A DNA stretch of 64,000 nt from an uncultured Bacilli bacterium (GTDB lineage: Bacteria; Bacillota_I; Bacilli_A; RFN20; CAG-449): contig CANQAG010000004.1 of the NCBI GenBank assembly GCA_947588815.1, positions 26,193-90,192 of the forward strand, read 5' to 3'. Positions 48,430 to 58,182 of the stretch are shown here, piece by piece. Each line of letters opens with the position of its first letter. Position 1 is the first letter of the stretch. The position numbers were made by a program, and so were the translations under genes. The notes under the pieces were generated by a model. It was given only the letters and a program-made list of their open reading frames with translations, was not told the origin of the DNA and ran no database searches.

Positions 48430-50331
48430 ATGTGCCTTCATAAAGTAAATACAATTAAAGAATTATATGATTTATATGATAATATAAAAGGATTATTAGA
48501 TATAAAAAAAGGCATGGCTGATGTTTCACGAAAAATTGAAATTTCAGTTTGTGGTGGAACCGGCTGCCATGCATCGCAAAGCGAAAAATTAAAAGATGAA
48601 TTGATTCGCTACGCTAAAGAATATGGCGTTGAGGATAAAGTTAAAATCTCTATCACGGGATGCTTTGGATTTTGTGAAAAGGGTCCGATTGTAAAGATCT
48701 CTCCAGATCATACCTTTTATATTAAAATTCATCCAGAAGATGCAGAACGAATCATTAAAGAGCATGTGGTTGAAGGAAAATTAATTGAAGATTTCCTTTA
48801 TGTTAATCCGGCAACTTCCGAAAAAATACGTTCGCAAGATAATATTCCCTTTTATAAGAAACAACATCGTGTTGCCTTACGAAATTGTGGCTTAATAAAT
48901 CCTGAAGTGATTCAAGAATATATTGCCAATCGTGGCTTTTTAGCATTAGCCAAAGTATTAGAAACGATGACGCCACAACAAGTGATTGACGAAATGAAAA
49001 AATCAGGACTTCGTGGCCGTGGCGGTGGCGGATTCTTAACTGGCATGAAGTGGGAATTTGCTTCTAAATACCAAAATGAAAAAAAATATGTGATATGTAA
49101 CGCTGATGAAGGAGATCCCGGAGCTTTTATGGATCGTTCGATTCTTGAAGGAGATCCATATAGTGTCGTTGAAGCGATGATTATTGCCGGTTACGCTATC
49201 GGCGCTAATGAGGGAAATGTCTACATTAGAGCAGAATATCCATTGGCGATTGAAAGATTATCGATTGCTATCGCTCAAGCAAGAAAGATGGGATTCTTAG
49301 GAAAAAATATTTTAGGAACTAATCATAGTTTTGATATTTTCATTAAATATGGCGCTGGAGCGTTTGTTTGCGGTGAAGAAACAGCATTGATTTCTTCGAT
49401 TGAAGGCAATCGTGGTGAACCGAATGTAAAACCGCCTTTTCCGGCAGAAGCAGGTCTTTATAAAAAACCGACGATTGTCAACAATGTTGAAACTTTAGCC
49501 AATGTTCCGGTAATTTTTCTTGATGGCGCAGAAGAGTTTGCAAAGATTGGAACCGAAAAATCAAAAGGAACAAAAGTTTTCGCTTTAGCTGGTAAAATCA
49601 ATAATGTCGGTCTTGTTGAAGTACCGATGGGAATTACTTTAAGAGAAATCATATATGATGTCGGTGGCGGTATTAAAGACGGACACGAATTTAAAGCCGC
49701 TCAAACCGGAGGCCCTTCGGGTGGTTGTATCACTAAAGAACATCTTGATATTCCAATCGACTTTGATAACTTATCTGCGATTGGATCGATGATGGGATCA
49801 GGCGGACTTATTATTATGGATGACCGCAACTGTATGGTTGATATCGCTAAATTCTATTTGGAATTTACGGTCGAAGAATCTTGTGGTAAATGTACTCCAT
49901 GTCGTATCGGTAATAAGCGTTTGTTAGAAATTTTAACAAAAATTACTAAAGGTGAAGCCGACTTATCTGATTTGGATCGCCTAGAGGAACTTTCCAATAT
50001 CATTAAGGATACTTCCTTATGTGGTTTAGGACAAAGTGCTCCTAATCCGGTATTATCAACCCTTAACTATTTCCGCGATGAATATATTGCTCACGTAAAG
50101 AACAAATATTGTCCTGCTAAAGTTTGTCGTGCTTTAACTAAATATGAAATCGATGAATCAAAGTGTATCGGATGTGGCAACTGTGCGCGTAATTGTCCGG
50201 TAAGTGCGATTGAAAAAACTGATAAGCCGGCAAAAAATCCGCGATTATTCGTATATAAAATCAAGGGCAACGATTGTATTAAGTGTGGCACTTGCGAATC
50301 TAAGTGTCCGGTTAAGGCAATTTCGCTTTAA
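48430..50331 (+). CDS. NuoF-like NAD(P)H-binding flavoprotein subunit with extra Fe-S domains (HydB/HndC-type)
   Basis: 633 aa; GRGGGGF FMN/NADH motif, C-terminal 2x CxxCxxCxxxCP ferredoxin motifs. Confidence 0.9.
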   Translation: MCLHKVNTIKELYDLYDNIKGLLDIKKGMADVSRKIEISVCGGTGCHASQSEKLKDELIRYAKEYGVEDKVKISITGCFGFCEKGPIVKISPDHTFYIKIHPEDAERIIKEHVVEGKLIEDFLYVNPATSEKIRSQDNIPFYKKQHRVALRNCGLINPEVIQEYIANRGFLALAKVLETMTPQQVIDEMKKSGLRGRGGGGFLTGMKWEFASKYQNEKKYVICNADEGDPGAFMDRSILEGDPYSVVEAMIIAGYAIGANEGNVYIRAEYPLAIERLSIAIAQARKMGFLGKNILGTNHSFDIFIKYGAGAFVCGEETALISSIEGNRGEPNVKPPFPAEAGLYKKPTIVNNVETLANVPVIFLDGAEEFAKIGTEKSKGTKVFALAGKINNVGLVEVPMGITLREIIYDVGGGIKDGHEFKAAQTGGPSGGCITKEHLDIPIDFDNLSAIGSMMGSGGLIIMDDRNCMVDIAKFYLEFTVEESCGKCTPCRIGNKRLLEILTKITKGEADLSDLDRLEELSNIIKDTSLCGLGQSAPNPVLSTLNYFRDEYIAHVKNKYCPAKVCRALTKYEIDESKCIGCGNCARNCPVSAIEKTDKPAKNPRLFVYKIKGNDCIKCGTCESKCPVKAISL

Positions 50332-50345
50332 GGAGGTAGTAAAAA

Positions 50346-52079
50346 ATGGTTAAAATTCGAATTAACGATATTCCACTTGAAGTAGATGAGGATATGAGCA
50401 TCCTTCAAGCCGCTCGATTAGTAAATATCTATATTCCTACTTTATGCTATTTGTCGCTTCATATCGTTCATGAACATAAGATTAATGCTTCATGCCGTGT
50501 TTGCGTGGTTGAAGTAAAAGGGAGAAGAAATTTAGCACCTGCTTGTTCAACTAAGTGCACCGAAGGTATGGAAATTTATACAAATACCAAAAGAGTGATT
50601 CGTGCTCGACGTACTGTTGTGGAGTTGCTTCTATCAGATCACCCACAAGAATGCGCCATGTGTGAAAAGAATACGAAATGTCAATTACAACGAATCGCCG
50701 CTAAAATGAACATTCGCGATATCCCCTATCGAGGCGAAATTTCACGGCCGAATATTTATATTGAATCGGCGGCGATCAAAAGAGACAAAGCAAAATGTAT
50801 TTTATGCGGTAATTGCATCGAAGCTTGCAGTAAGGTTCAAGATGTCAATGTCTTAACATACACTCACCGTGGTTTTAAAACTTTTGTCGGTCCGGCCTTT
50901 GATGTCAATCTCGATACGACTAAATGTGTATCGTGTGGTCAATGTGTGATGGTTTGTCCAACGGGTTCACTTTCACAAACAGTAGTGACCAATGAAGTTT
51001 GGAATATGATCCATGATCCTACAAAACATGTTGTAGTTCAAATTGCGCCTGCTGTTCGCGTGGCTTTAGGCGAAGAATTTGGATATGAAATCGGTGTCGC
51101 TACTACCGGTAAAATTGTAACTGCCTTAAGAAAATTGGGATTTGATCGTGTTTTTGATACTAATTTTGGTGCAGATTTAACGATTATGGAAGAAAGCAAT
51201 GAGCTTATTGAAAGACTTTCAAGCGGAGAGAATTTACCGCTTATTACTTCTTGTTGCCCGGGGTGGGTTAAGTTCATTGAAAATGAGTATCCTGAATATT
51301 TAAATCTTCCGTCAAGTTGTAAATCGCCACATGAAATGTTTGGTGCCATCGCCAAAAGTTTTTATGCTCAAAAAGTTGGAATCGATCCCAAAGACATCGT
51401 TGTAGTTTCAGTGATGCCTTGCTTAGCTAAAAAGAAAGAGGCAAATCGTGAAGAATTGCAAAATGGCGGCTTTAAAAACGTTGACTATGTTTTAACTACT
51501 CGAGAATTAGCGGATATGATTCAAGAAATAGGCTTGAATTTTGATTCGTTGGAAAATGGAGTATTCGATAATCCGTTAGGTGAATCTACCGGTGCTGCTG
51601 ACATTTTTGGAGTTTCGGGTGGTGTTTTGGAAGCTGCTTTAAGAAATGCGATTTTAACATTAGAAGGTAAGTGTCCGACATTGGAATTTAAAAATGTTCG
51701 TGGATATGAAGGATTTAAAGAAGCTGAAGTATCTATTAACGGCACTAAGTTAAAAGTTGCAGCGGTAAATGGCCTTAAAAATGCGCGTAAAATTATGGAA
51801 GCAATAAAAAACGGAACTTGTGAATATCAAGCGATTGAAGTTATGGCTTGCCCTGGTGGTTGTATTAATGGCGGAGGGCAACCTTTCCATAAAAGAAAGA
51901 TGTCTAGAACGGTCATCGGTAAACGTATCGAAGGTTTGTATATGCAAGATCGATCTAAAAAACAAAGAGTTTCATCACAAAATACCTCGATTATCCAATT
52001 ATACGATCAATTCCTTGAAAGACCGGGTAGTGAAAAAGCACATGAACTTTTGCATACCACTTTTAAAAGCAGTAAGTAA
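50346..52079 (+). CDS. hydA: [FeFe]-hydrogenase catalytic subunit
   Basis: 577 aa; H-cluster motifs L1 TSCCPGWV, L2 MPCLAKKKE, L3 EVMACPGGCINGGGQP; N-terminal 2Fe-2S and 4Fe-4S ferredoxin domains. Confidence 0.9.
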   Translation: MVKIRINDIPLEVDEDMSILQAARLVNIYIPTLCYLSLHIVHEHKINASCRVCVVEVKGRRNLAPACSTKCTEGMEIYTNTKRVIRARRTVVELLLSDHPQECAMCEKNTKCQLQRIAAKMNIRDIPYRGEISRPNIYIESAAIKRDKAKCILCGNCIEACSKVQDVNVLTYTHRGFKTFVGPAFDVNLDTTKCVSCGQCVMVCPTGSLSQTVVTNEVWNMIHDPTKHVVVQIAPAVRVALGEEFGYEIGVATTGKIVTALRKLGFDRVFDTNFGADLTIMEESNELIERLSSGENLPLITSCCPGWVKFIENEYPEYLNLPSSCKSPHEMFGAIAKSFYAQKVGIDPKDIVVVSVMPCLAKKKEANREELQNGGFKNVDYVLTTRELADMIQEIGLNFDSLENGVFDNPLGESTGAADIFGVSGGVLEAALRNAILTLEGKCPTLEFKNVRGYEGFKEAEVSINGTKLKVAAVNGLKNARKIMEAIKNGTCEYQAIEVMACPGGCINGGGQPFHKRKMSRTVIGKRIEGLYMQDRSKKQRVSSQNTSIIQLYDQFLERPGSEKAHELLHTTFKSSK

Positions 52080-52096
52080 ATCTTTGAATTGAAACA

Positions 52097-52135
52097 AAAA
52101 GGGCATGGTATTTATAGATTACCATGTCTTTTTAT
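52097..52135. terminator. terminator after hydrogenase operon
   Basis: aaaagggcatggta-(9)-taccatgtcttttt. Confidence 0.5.
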
Positions 52136-52171
52136 TATGATTTAATTTTTAAATGAAAAATTTTTATATCT

Positions 52172-52573
52172 TTAAATATTTAAGTTTTTGGTGGCGAAAA
52201 ATAATAATACTAATTCAGCAAATATAGATAGAGTAATCAATATGCCGATAAGCGAAAAATAATCGAGACCATAAAGTAAAGGGCATAAAGATAGTATCAA
52301 AGCGATTAAAAGTAATGTTTTTACTATCGATATTATTCGATCTTTATCTATAAATAAATAGATTATAAGTAAGATAATAACACCACAACTTATTATCGCT
52401 GTGAGTAATGGTGCAAAATTAGCGTATCCAAAGGGAGTTAAATCAAAGTAAGAATATGTCACGCGATGAATTTTATTATAGCCATCAGCAAAATTGCATA
52501 CTGCTCCATAGGGTAATATCTCTAAAACAAGAGTAATAAGCGGAAGTATTAAATATAATAACTTTCTTTTCAT
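52172..52573 (-). CDS. small hypothetical membrane protein (4 TM)
   Basis: 133 aa, almost entirely hydrophobic helices. Confidence 0.5.
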   Translation of the reverse strand: MKRKLLYLILPLITLVLEILPYGAVCNFADGYNKIHRVTYSYFDLTPFGYANFAPLLTAIISCGVIILLIIYLFIDKDRIISIVKTLLLIALILSLCPLLYGLDYFSLIGILITLSIFAELVLLFFATKNLNI

Positions 52574-52741
52574 ATCTTTACCTTAAACATATTATAGTTA
52601 AATTTGAAAGCCATTGAAAGTGGGTAAATATCAATATGCCCATTATCTAGTGAAGTTGTGATAAAGTTTTGTTTTTATATAACAAAAAAGGTGTAGCGAT
52701 AAAGCCACACCTAATTTTTTGAGTAAATTAATTAATCTTAA

Positions 52742-53773
52742 TTAAGCTCTTTTGTTGGTCATGCCTTCTTGGATAGCCGCAACAAAATCTCCGACCGACA
52801 TGGTACAACCGGTGATGTTGTCAACCCATTCTTCCGTATGAGTATTACCATCTGGTTCAGCAACATTAAAGCCATTTAATTCTTCAGAAGTCTTGCCCTT
52901 GGTCCATTCTTGGAATTTTTCAGCTTGGACATACCATTCTGTAGTATGAGCAAATTGAGCCATACCATAGTTTTCTTTAAGTTCAAACTTAGAAGCAAAT
53001 TCGGTACCTGTTAATTTGTTTTTAACAGCCTTGTTATCGGCATCTAAAACCCCGGCTTTTAAAGGAATTTGATAAACATCAACAACACTTGCGGCTGCTT
53101 TGTTACCAACGTTAGCAACTGAAGCAAAGTTGACATCGATTTGACTACCAGCAGCACCGACAAGAACACCGACCCCGGCCTTTGGAGCTTCATCAGAGCT
53201 GAAATCAACACTGTGTTTTTTGGCGTTTTTCATCGCGGTGACGAAATCGTCAACTAAAATAGTACAACCGGTGACGTTATTAGTCCATTCTTCAGTATGA
53301 CCATCATCGCCTGCTTCGCCTTTGGTAACGGTTAATTCGTCAAATGTTTTACCGGTAGCCCATTCTTCAAATTTATCGGCTTGGACATACCATTCTGTAG
53401 TGTTAGCAAATTGAGCCATACCATAACGTTCTTTAAGTTCTTTCTTTGTTTCAACATTTTTAGTTCCGGCGTTTTTGACTTGATTTGCATCAGGTTTGTA
53501 AGCATAGCTTTCTTCAGTATCACCGTCAGCGGCAGTGTAGACGATTGGGAGTTGTACTACATCGATGTAGGTACTAACAACTTTTTCATCTTGGTAAACC
53601 ACAGAAGCAAAGGTAATATCAATTTGAGTTATGATATCATTGTCTCCTTTTGTAAGACTAATCGCTTGTCCTAAGCCTAATTTGTAATCAGCAGTAGTAG
53701 TGTTTCCACCACATGAAGCAAGAGTTCCGACGACTCCTAAGAGTGCTAAAGCACATAATACATTCTTCTTCAT
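52742..53773 (-). CDS. lipoprotein with two tandem FMN_bind-like domains (probable flavinylation substrate, PplA-like)
   Basis: lipobox LASCGG; two ~70-aa repeats each ending xVTGCTxxVxDFV, resembling the SGAT flavinylation motif of FMN_bind domains; adjacent to ApbE-like gene. Confidence 0.55.
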   Translation of the reverse strand: MKKNVLCALALLGVVGTLASCGGNTTTADYKLGLGQAISLTKGDNDIITQIDITFASVVYQDEKVVSTYIDVVQLPIVYTAADGDTEESYAYKPDANQVKNAGTKNVETKKELKERYGMAQFANTTEWYVQADKFEEWATGKTFDELTVTKGEAGDDGHTEEWTNNVTGCTILVDDFVTAMKNAKKHSVDFSSDEAPKAGVGVLVGAAGSQIDVNFASVANVGNKAAASVVDVYQIPLKAGVLDADNKAVKNKLTGTEFASKFELKENYGMAQFAHTTEWYVQAEKFQEWTKGKTSEELNGFNVAEPDGNTHTEEWVDNITGCTMSVGDFVAAIQEGMTNKRA

Positions 53774-53861
53774 TAAAATATTTCCTCCTTAATGAATGCG
53801 TCTATATTTTATATAGATAATCTTAGTTTGTAAACAAATTTAAAATTAAAATCAAAAATTT

Positions 53862-54383
53862 CTAATTAATAAATAATTTTGTTTTTTCTAATTGCTTTAT
53901 CAAAAGTGAGGATAAAAAAGCAACTAAAATTCCGGTTATTAGTCCGCTTAAGACGATAATAGGTGTGTAAGCCATCATGTAAATTGAAGAATATAAAATT
54001 GCCGAACAAGCAACTTGACCTATCCCATGTAAAATTGCCGAACAAGCGGATAAGCTATAAATAGAGAAAACTTTAAAATTAGAAAGTATTAACACTATTA
54101 ATGTCGATAAAAGCCATCCCGAAAACGAAATAAAAAAACCACTTGTAAAAATTCCGGTAGTTAAAAGACCGACAAGCATTACTCTTAGAAAACCGATGGC
54201 AACAAAATCTCTTCGATTAAAAAAGTATAAGACAATTAATCCCATGGTATTGGCTAAACCAAGTTTAACACCCGGAATAGGTACGATGACTGGCAATAAT
54301 GATTCTAAATAATGGAGAAGAACGGATAAAGCCAGAAACATTGCCAATGTAGTGATTCTTCTAATTTGTTTTGAACTACCCAT
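53862..54383 (-). CDS. Gx-transporter family membrane protein (heptaprenyl-diphosphate-synthase-component-I-like, PF07456)
   Basis: 173 aa, 5 TM, TLAMFLALSVLLHYLES start typical of family. Confidence 0.65.
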   Translation of the reverse strand: MGSSKQIRRITTLAMFLALSVLLHYLESLLPVIVPIPGVKLGLANTMGLIVLYFFNRRDFVAIGFLRVMLVGLLTTGIFTSGFFISFSGWLLSTLIVLILSNFKVFSIYSLSACSAILHGIGQVACSAILYSSIYMMAYTPIIVLSGLITGILVAFLSSLLIKQLEKTKLFIN

Positions 54384-54822
54384 TAAATCTCACTCCAATC
54401 GGCACGATAAAATCATTATCTTCTCGACTTTCAATGATTACCAATACAGAATTAGGTTCACATAAGACCGGAAGATTAGGAGTTGTAAACCATCCGCGTT
54501 GTGAACAAATATGACGTGGAGATTGTTCTTTTTCAACGCGCACTGAACGTCCGTCAATTTCAATCGTCATATCCGCTTGCAAACAGTCAAACCATTTTGT
54601 TTCTCCATGTTGTTTTGCGGATTCTTCAGTTTTATACAGATAAATCTTTTTAGAGACGGGAAGTTTTTCACTATACTCTAATTTACCTTGAACATAAACA
54701 CAAACAGCACTTGGTGTATCGCTATTGCCAAAAAATACAACTAGCGAAAGAATTAAAGACGCAATTAAGACGATGGGAATAAAAAAAATATCGACTTTGC
54801 TTAATTTAGTTTTAAACTTCAT
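54376..54822 (-). CDS. NusG-domain-II (DUF1312) membrane-anchored protein
   Basis: 148 aa; single N-terminal TM then beta-rich domain; conserved operon partner of Gx transporter/ApbE. Confidence 0.6.
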   Translation of the reverse strand: MKFKTKLSKVDIFFIPIVLIASLILSLVVFFGNSDTPSAVCVYVQGKLEYSEKLPVSKKIYLYKTEESAKQHGETKWFDCLQADMTIEIDGRSVRVEKEQSPRHICSQRGWFTTPNLPVLCEPNSVLVIIESREDNDFIVPIGVRFNG

Positions 54823-56155
54823 AAGTTTTTACCTGAAGATTTAAATTTTGATTGTTGCTATAATATTGATAAAGCTCTTGATCAATCAAAACACTATTAA
54901 CATCTTGAACATTTTCTTGAATGAAAATTGCATGTAAATCATTTGTTTTACGAATTTTTTTGATAAAAGCTTTGGCTTCATCAAAAGGCATATTGAAAAC
55001 GATAGTTGAATAAGCGTCTAAATATCCAGCATCAATATCGTTCGAAAAAAGGGTGACAGTGCGATAATAGTTGTTTGGGATACCGGTATCAGTGTTTACA
55101 ATATGGTGTCTTCGTCTAATAACAGAATCATTAGGATTATTAAAGTAATAACCACGTTCCACGTCCCCGGAAGTAGAAACATTAAAAACTCCGTTCAACT
55201 TAACATTACCAATGTAGTTTTTATCAGCATCAAAACTGTAATAATTGTTAAAAGTATTTGGATTTTGCGGTGCGATATACCAAGCGTCGGTAAATGTTGC
55301 ATCCCCTAAAGATTCTAAAGAGCTGGTACCACCATTGATAATTCCTTTATTGAATCCGGCAGCATTTAAATTTTTGGCCAAAATATCGATAGCGTACCCT
55401 TTGGCGATTCCGCCTAAAGTCAATGATAATTTGTCGACATTTTTAAATTTATTGAATTTTACGGTTTTATGAACGCGATCGATTTCTAAGATTTTATTTT
55501 CGATAATTTCTTCATAGGTTGGAATACTGGCGACCAATTCGTTAATTTTGTTTAAAGAAGTTTCCCTATTAGGATTATCGGGGTTAAGAGGATCGTTAAA
55601 ATGATCACTATCATCAATAATCGAATCCCAATAATCTGAAAGTTCGCCAACGAAAGGATTGAATTTATTGTTACCTATTTTTGTGGATTCTAAAGCCATT
55701 TCAAGCATATTTAAAAGATCATCATCAACATTTTCTATTACCTTATTTGTTCCATAAGAATCATTTATGACTTTGATATTATTAATTAAAGATTCGCTAT
55801 TATCATCAGTATAATAATAATTTCTATCGGCAATTTTATGCAAATGAATCAAAGTGTCTCCGATAATATTTTCCATTTGCGTAATCTCTTGCGTTGTAAC
55901 GGATGCGTCATATCTTAAATAAATCAAGGTGTCAAACGGATTTGATGAATGAGATTTATTATGATTAAAAATTTTTGACTGACTTGTGGCGCAAACATTG
56001 ATAACCTTAGCTTTAGAAGAATGAAGTGAAGAACTTTCACTAGAGCAAAAAGAACTCGGAGTATAATCCGGGTGAGGATCATATTCATTTTGACATGCTC
56101 CTAAGGTGCAAGTCGCTATTAGGGCACTTAGGATAATTAAAATTCTTTTCATCAT
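54812..56155 (-). CDS. apbE: FAD:protein FMN transferase (ApbE family) lipoprotein with ~100-aa N-terminal extension
   Basis: GGIAKGYA motif; lipobox TLGAC; start set at ATG 56155 preceded by GGTGGTGG (ORF-track start 56221 adds 22 aa without RBS). Confidence 0.75.
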   Translation of the reverse strand: MMKRILIILSALIATCTLGACQNEYDPHPDYTPSSFCSSESSSLHSSKAKVINVCATSQSKIFNHNKSHSSNPFDTLIYLRYDASVTTQEITQMENIIGDTLIHLHKIADRNYYYTDDNSESLINNIKVINDSYGTNKVIENVDDDLLNMLEMALESTKIGNNKFNPFVGELSDYWDSIIDDSDHFNDPLNPDNPNRETSLNKINELVASIPTYEEIIENKILEIDRVHKTVKFNKFKNVDKLSLTLGGIAKGYAIDILAKNLNAAGFNKGIINGGTSSLESLGDATFTDAWYIAPQNPNTFNNYYSFDADKNYIGNVKLNGVFNVSTSGDVERGYYFNNPNDSVIRRRHHIVNTDTGIPNNYYRTVTLFSNDIDAGYLDAYSTIVFNMPFDEAKAFIKKIRKTNDLHAIFIQENVQDVNSVLIDQELYQYYSNNQNLNLQVKTYEV

Positions 56156-56332
56156 TGCCACCACCACTAGATTATACTTACTATTCAATAAAAAATCAAA
56201 AATTATTAAAATATGCGACAAATTTGACTGATTCCTTATTTAATAAGGATATAGTAAATTTAAAACTATAGGGTTAATTAAAAAGGTCTAATTAAAATTT
56301 TACAACTTTATTACAAAAATAAAAAATCTTTG

Positions 56333-56362
56333 TTGACTAGAGCCTATAAAGTTTTGTATAAT
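56333..56362 (+). promoter_or_regulatory. S10 operon promoter (-35 TTGACT, 18-nt spacer, extended -10 TGTATAAT) followed by ~130-nt leader
   Basis: hexamers at 56333-56338 and 56357-56362; first gene rpsJ starts at 56495. Confidence 0.55.
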
Positions 56363-56494
56363 GCCAAAGTCGACGCTTTTTATACTGCGCGCGTTGAAGT
56401 GGAAGATTGCTAAACACCGACACTCGTTGTCTGTGATTTAGGTAACTTACACCGAGCGTAAATGTCTAGCCAAGATTTAGACAAGGAGGAAATT

Positions 56495-56806
56495 ATGGCA
56501 AAAAGTAAAAAGATTAGAATTCGCTTAAAAGCTTACGATCACAATATTCTCGATCTTTCTGTTTCGAAGATCGTTCAAGCGGCGAAAAACACAGGTGCTT
56601 CAATTGTTGGACCCGTACCGCTTCCAACAGAAAAGCAAGTTTACACAATTTTAAGAGCAGTCCACAAATATAAGGATGCAAGAGAACAGTTCGAAATTAG
56701 AACACATAAGAGATTAATCGATATTATCAATCCTACAAAGCAAACCATCGATACTTTAACTCGTTTGGATTTGCCAAGTGGTGTAGATATCGAAATCAAG
56801 TTATAA
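56495..56806 (+). CDS. rpsJ: 30S ribosomal protein S10
   Basis: [16 protein letters not shown]...; AAGGAGGA RBS. Confidence 0.95.
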   Translation: MAKSKKIRIRLKAYDHNILDLSVSKIVQAAKNTGASIVGPVPLPTEKQVYTILRAVHKYKDAREQFEIRTHKRLIDIINPTKQTIDTLTRLDLPSGVDIEIKL

Positions 56807-56819
56807 GGAGGCAGGAACG

Positions 56820-57512
56820 ATGAAATCAATCGTAGGACGTAAAATGGGGATGACCCAGGTGTTCGGTAAAGATGGCAAAATGTATCCTGTTACCGTTATT
56901 GAAGTGCTACCAAATGTGGTTACTCAAGTAAAAACTAAAGAAAAAGATGGATATGATGCGGTTCAAGTCGGTTATGAAGATAAAAAGGAACAACGGTGCA
57001 ATAAAGCAGAGTTAGGAATTTTTAAAAAAGCCGGCGTTGCCCCAAAATATGAACTTAAAGAATTAACCGGCGATGAGATGAAATATGGAGTCGGTGAAGA
57101 AATCAAAGCTGATATTTTTAAAGCCGGTGATATCATTGATGTAATCGGCGTCAGCAAAGGTAAAGGATTTAGTGGTGCAATCAAACGTTATCACTACACG
57201 ATAGGCCCAAAAGGACATGGTTCAGGATATCATAGAGGCCCGGGTTCCTTTGCTACCAATGGTAGATGTAATAACCGTGTGCATCTAGGTAAGAAAATGG
57301 CCGGTCATCACGGCAATCAAAGTGCGACGATTCTTAATTTACTCGTTGTCGCAGTCGATGCTGAAAAGAACGCCATATTAGTAAAAGGTGCTGTCCCTGG
57401 AGCTAAGAAATCAATTGTGACTTTAAGAAGCGCCGTTAAAACGCAAAAAAATGTCGAAAAAGTTCACGAACTTGTCAATTATGCTGCTTCCGGCAGTGAA
57501 AATAATCAATAG
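56820..57512 (+). CDS. rplC: 50S ribosomal protein L3
   Basis: MKSIVGRKMGMTQVF N-terminus. Confidence 0.95.
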   Translation: MKSIVGRKMGMTQVFGKDGKMYPVTVIEVLPNVVTQVKTKEKDGYDAVQVGYEDKKEQRCNKAELGIFKKAGVAPKYELKELTGDEMKYGVGEEIKADIFKAGDIIDVIGVSKGKGFSGAIKRYHYTIGPKGHGSGYHRGPGSFATNGRCNNRVHLGKKMAGHHGNQSATILNLLVVAVDAEKNAILVKGAVPGAKKSIVTLRSAVKTQKNVEKVHELVNYAASGSENNQ

Positions 57513-57537
57513 CCTGTAACGGAAAGGAGAAATAAAG

Positions 57538-58182
57538 ATGGCAGAAAAGGCAAATAAAGTTACTTTGCCGGTCGTTAATCAAACCGGTGAAGAAGTTAAC
57601 AAAGTTAGCTTAAGCGGTGAAGTGTTCGCTTGCGAAGTTAACAACCAAGTAATGTTCGACGCCGTTCAGGTTTATCAAGCCAATATGCGTCAAGCGACAG
57701 CAAAAACAAAAACTAGAGCCGAAGTTTCTGGTGGCGGTAAAAAACCATTCCGTCAAAAAGGAACCGGACGTGCAAGAGCGGGTTCAACTCGTTCCCCATT
57801 ATGGAGACATGGTGGAATCGTATTCGGCCCCAAAGGTAATCAAAATTTTAAATTATCGATGAATAAAAAGGCTCATGATGTCGCGATGAGATCAGCTTTA
57901 TCGATGAAAGTCGCTGAAAAAGACTTAATCGTAGTTGACGCTTTCAACTTTGAAACCCCGAAAACAAAATCGATGGTTGAAGTAATGCAAAAAGTCAATA
58001 TGAAAACTAAATCTTTGATTGTAATCGCGGAAGATAACGACAATCTCGTTGCTTCAAGCCGCAATATTCCGGGAGTTATCGTAACCGGAATTGACAATTT
58101 AAGTGTTTACGATATCTTAAATACACAAAGTTTAGTGATGACTTTAGAAGCGATTAAAGCAGTTGAGGAGGTGCTCAAATAA
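57538..58182 (+). CDS. rplD: 50S ribosomal protein L4
   Basis: 214 aa, conserved order and sequence. Confidence 0.95.
   Translation: MAEKANKVTLPVVNQTGEEVNKVSLSGEVFACEVNNQVMFDAVQVYQANMRQATAKTKTRAEVSGGGKKPFRQKGTGRARAGSTRSPLWRHGGIVFGPKGNQNFKLSMNKKAHDVAMRSALSMKVAEKDLIVVDAFNFETPKTKSMVEVMQKVNMKTKSLIVIAEDNDNLVASSRNIPGVIVTGIDNLSVYDILNTQSLVMTLEAIKAVEEVLK

Noticed and set aside
54812-56221. Full 469-aa ApbE ORF from ATG 56221
   Set aside because: The first 22 codons (MSHILIIFDFLL...) lack an RBS and precede the signal peptide. The internal ATG 56155 with a GGTGG SD is preferred.
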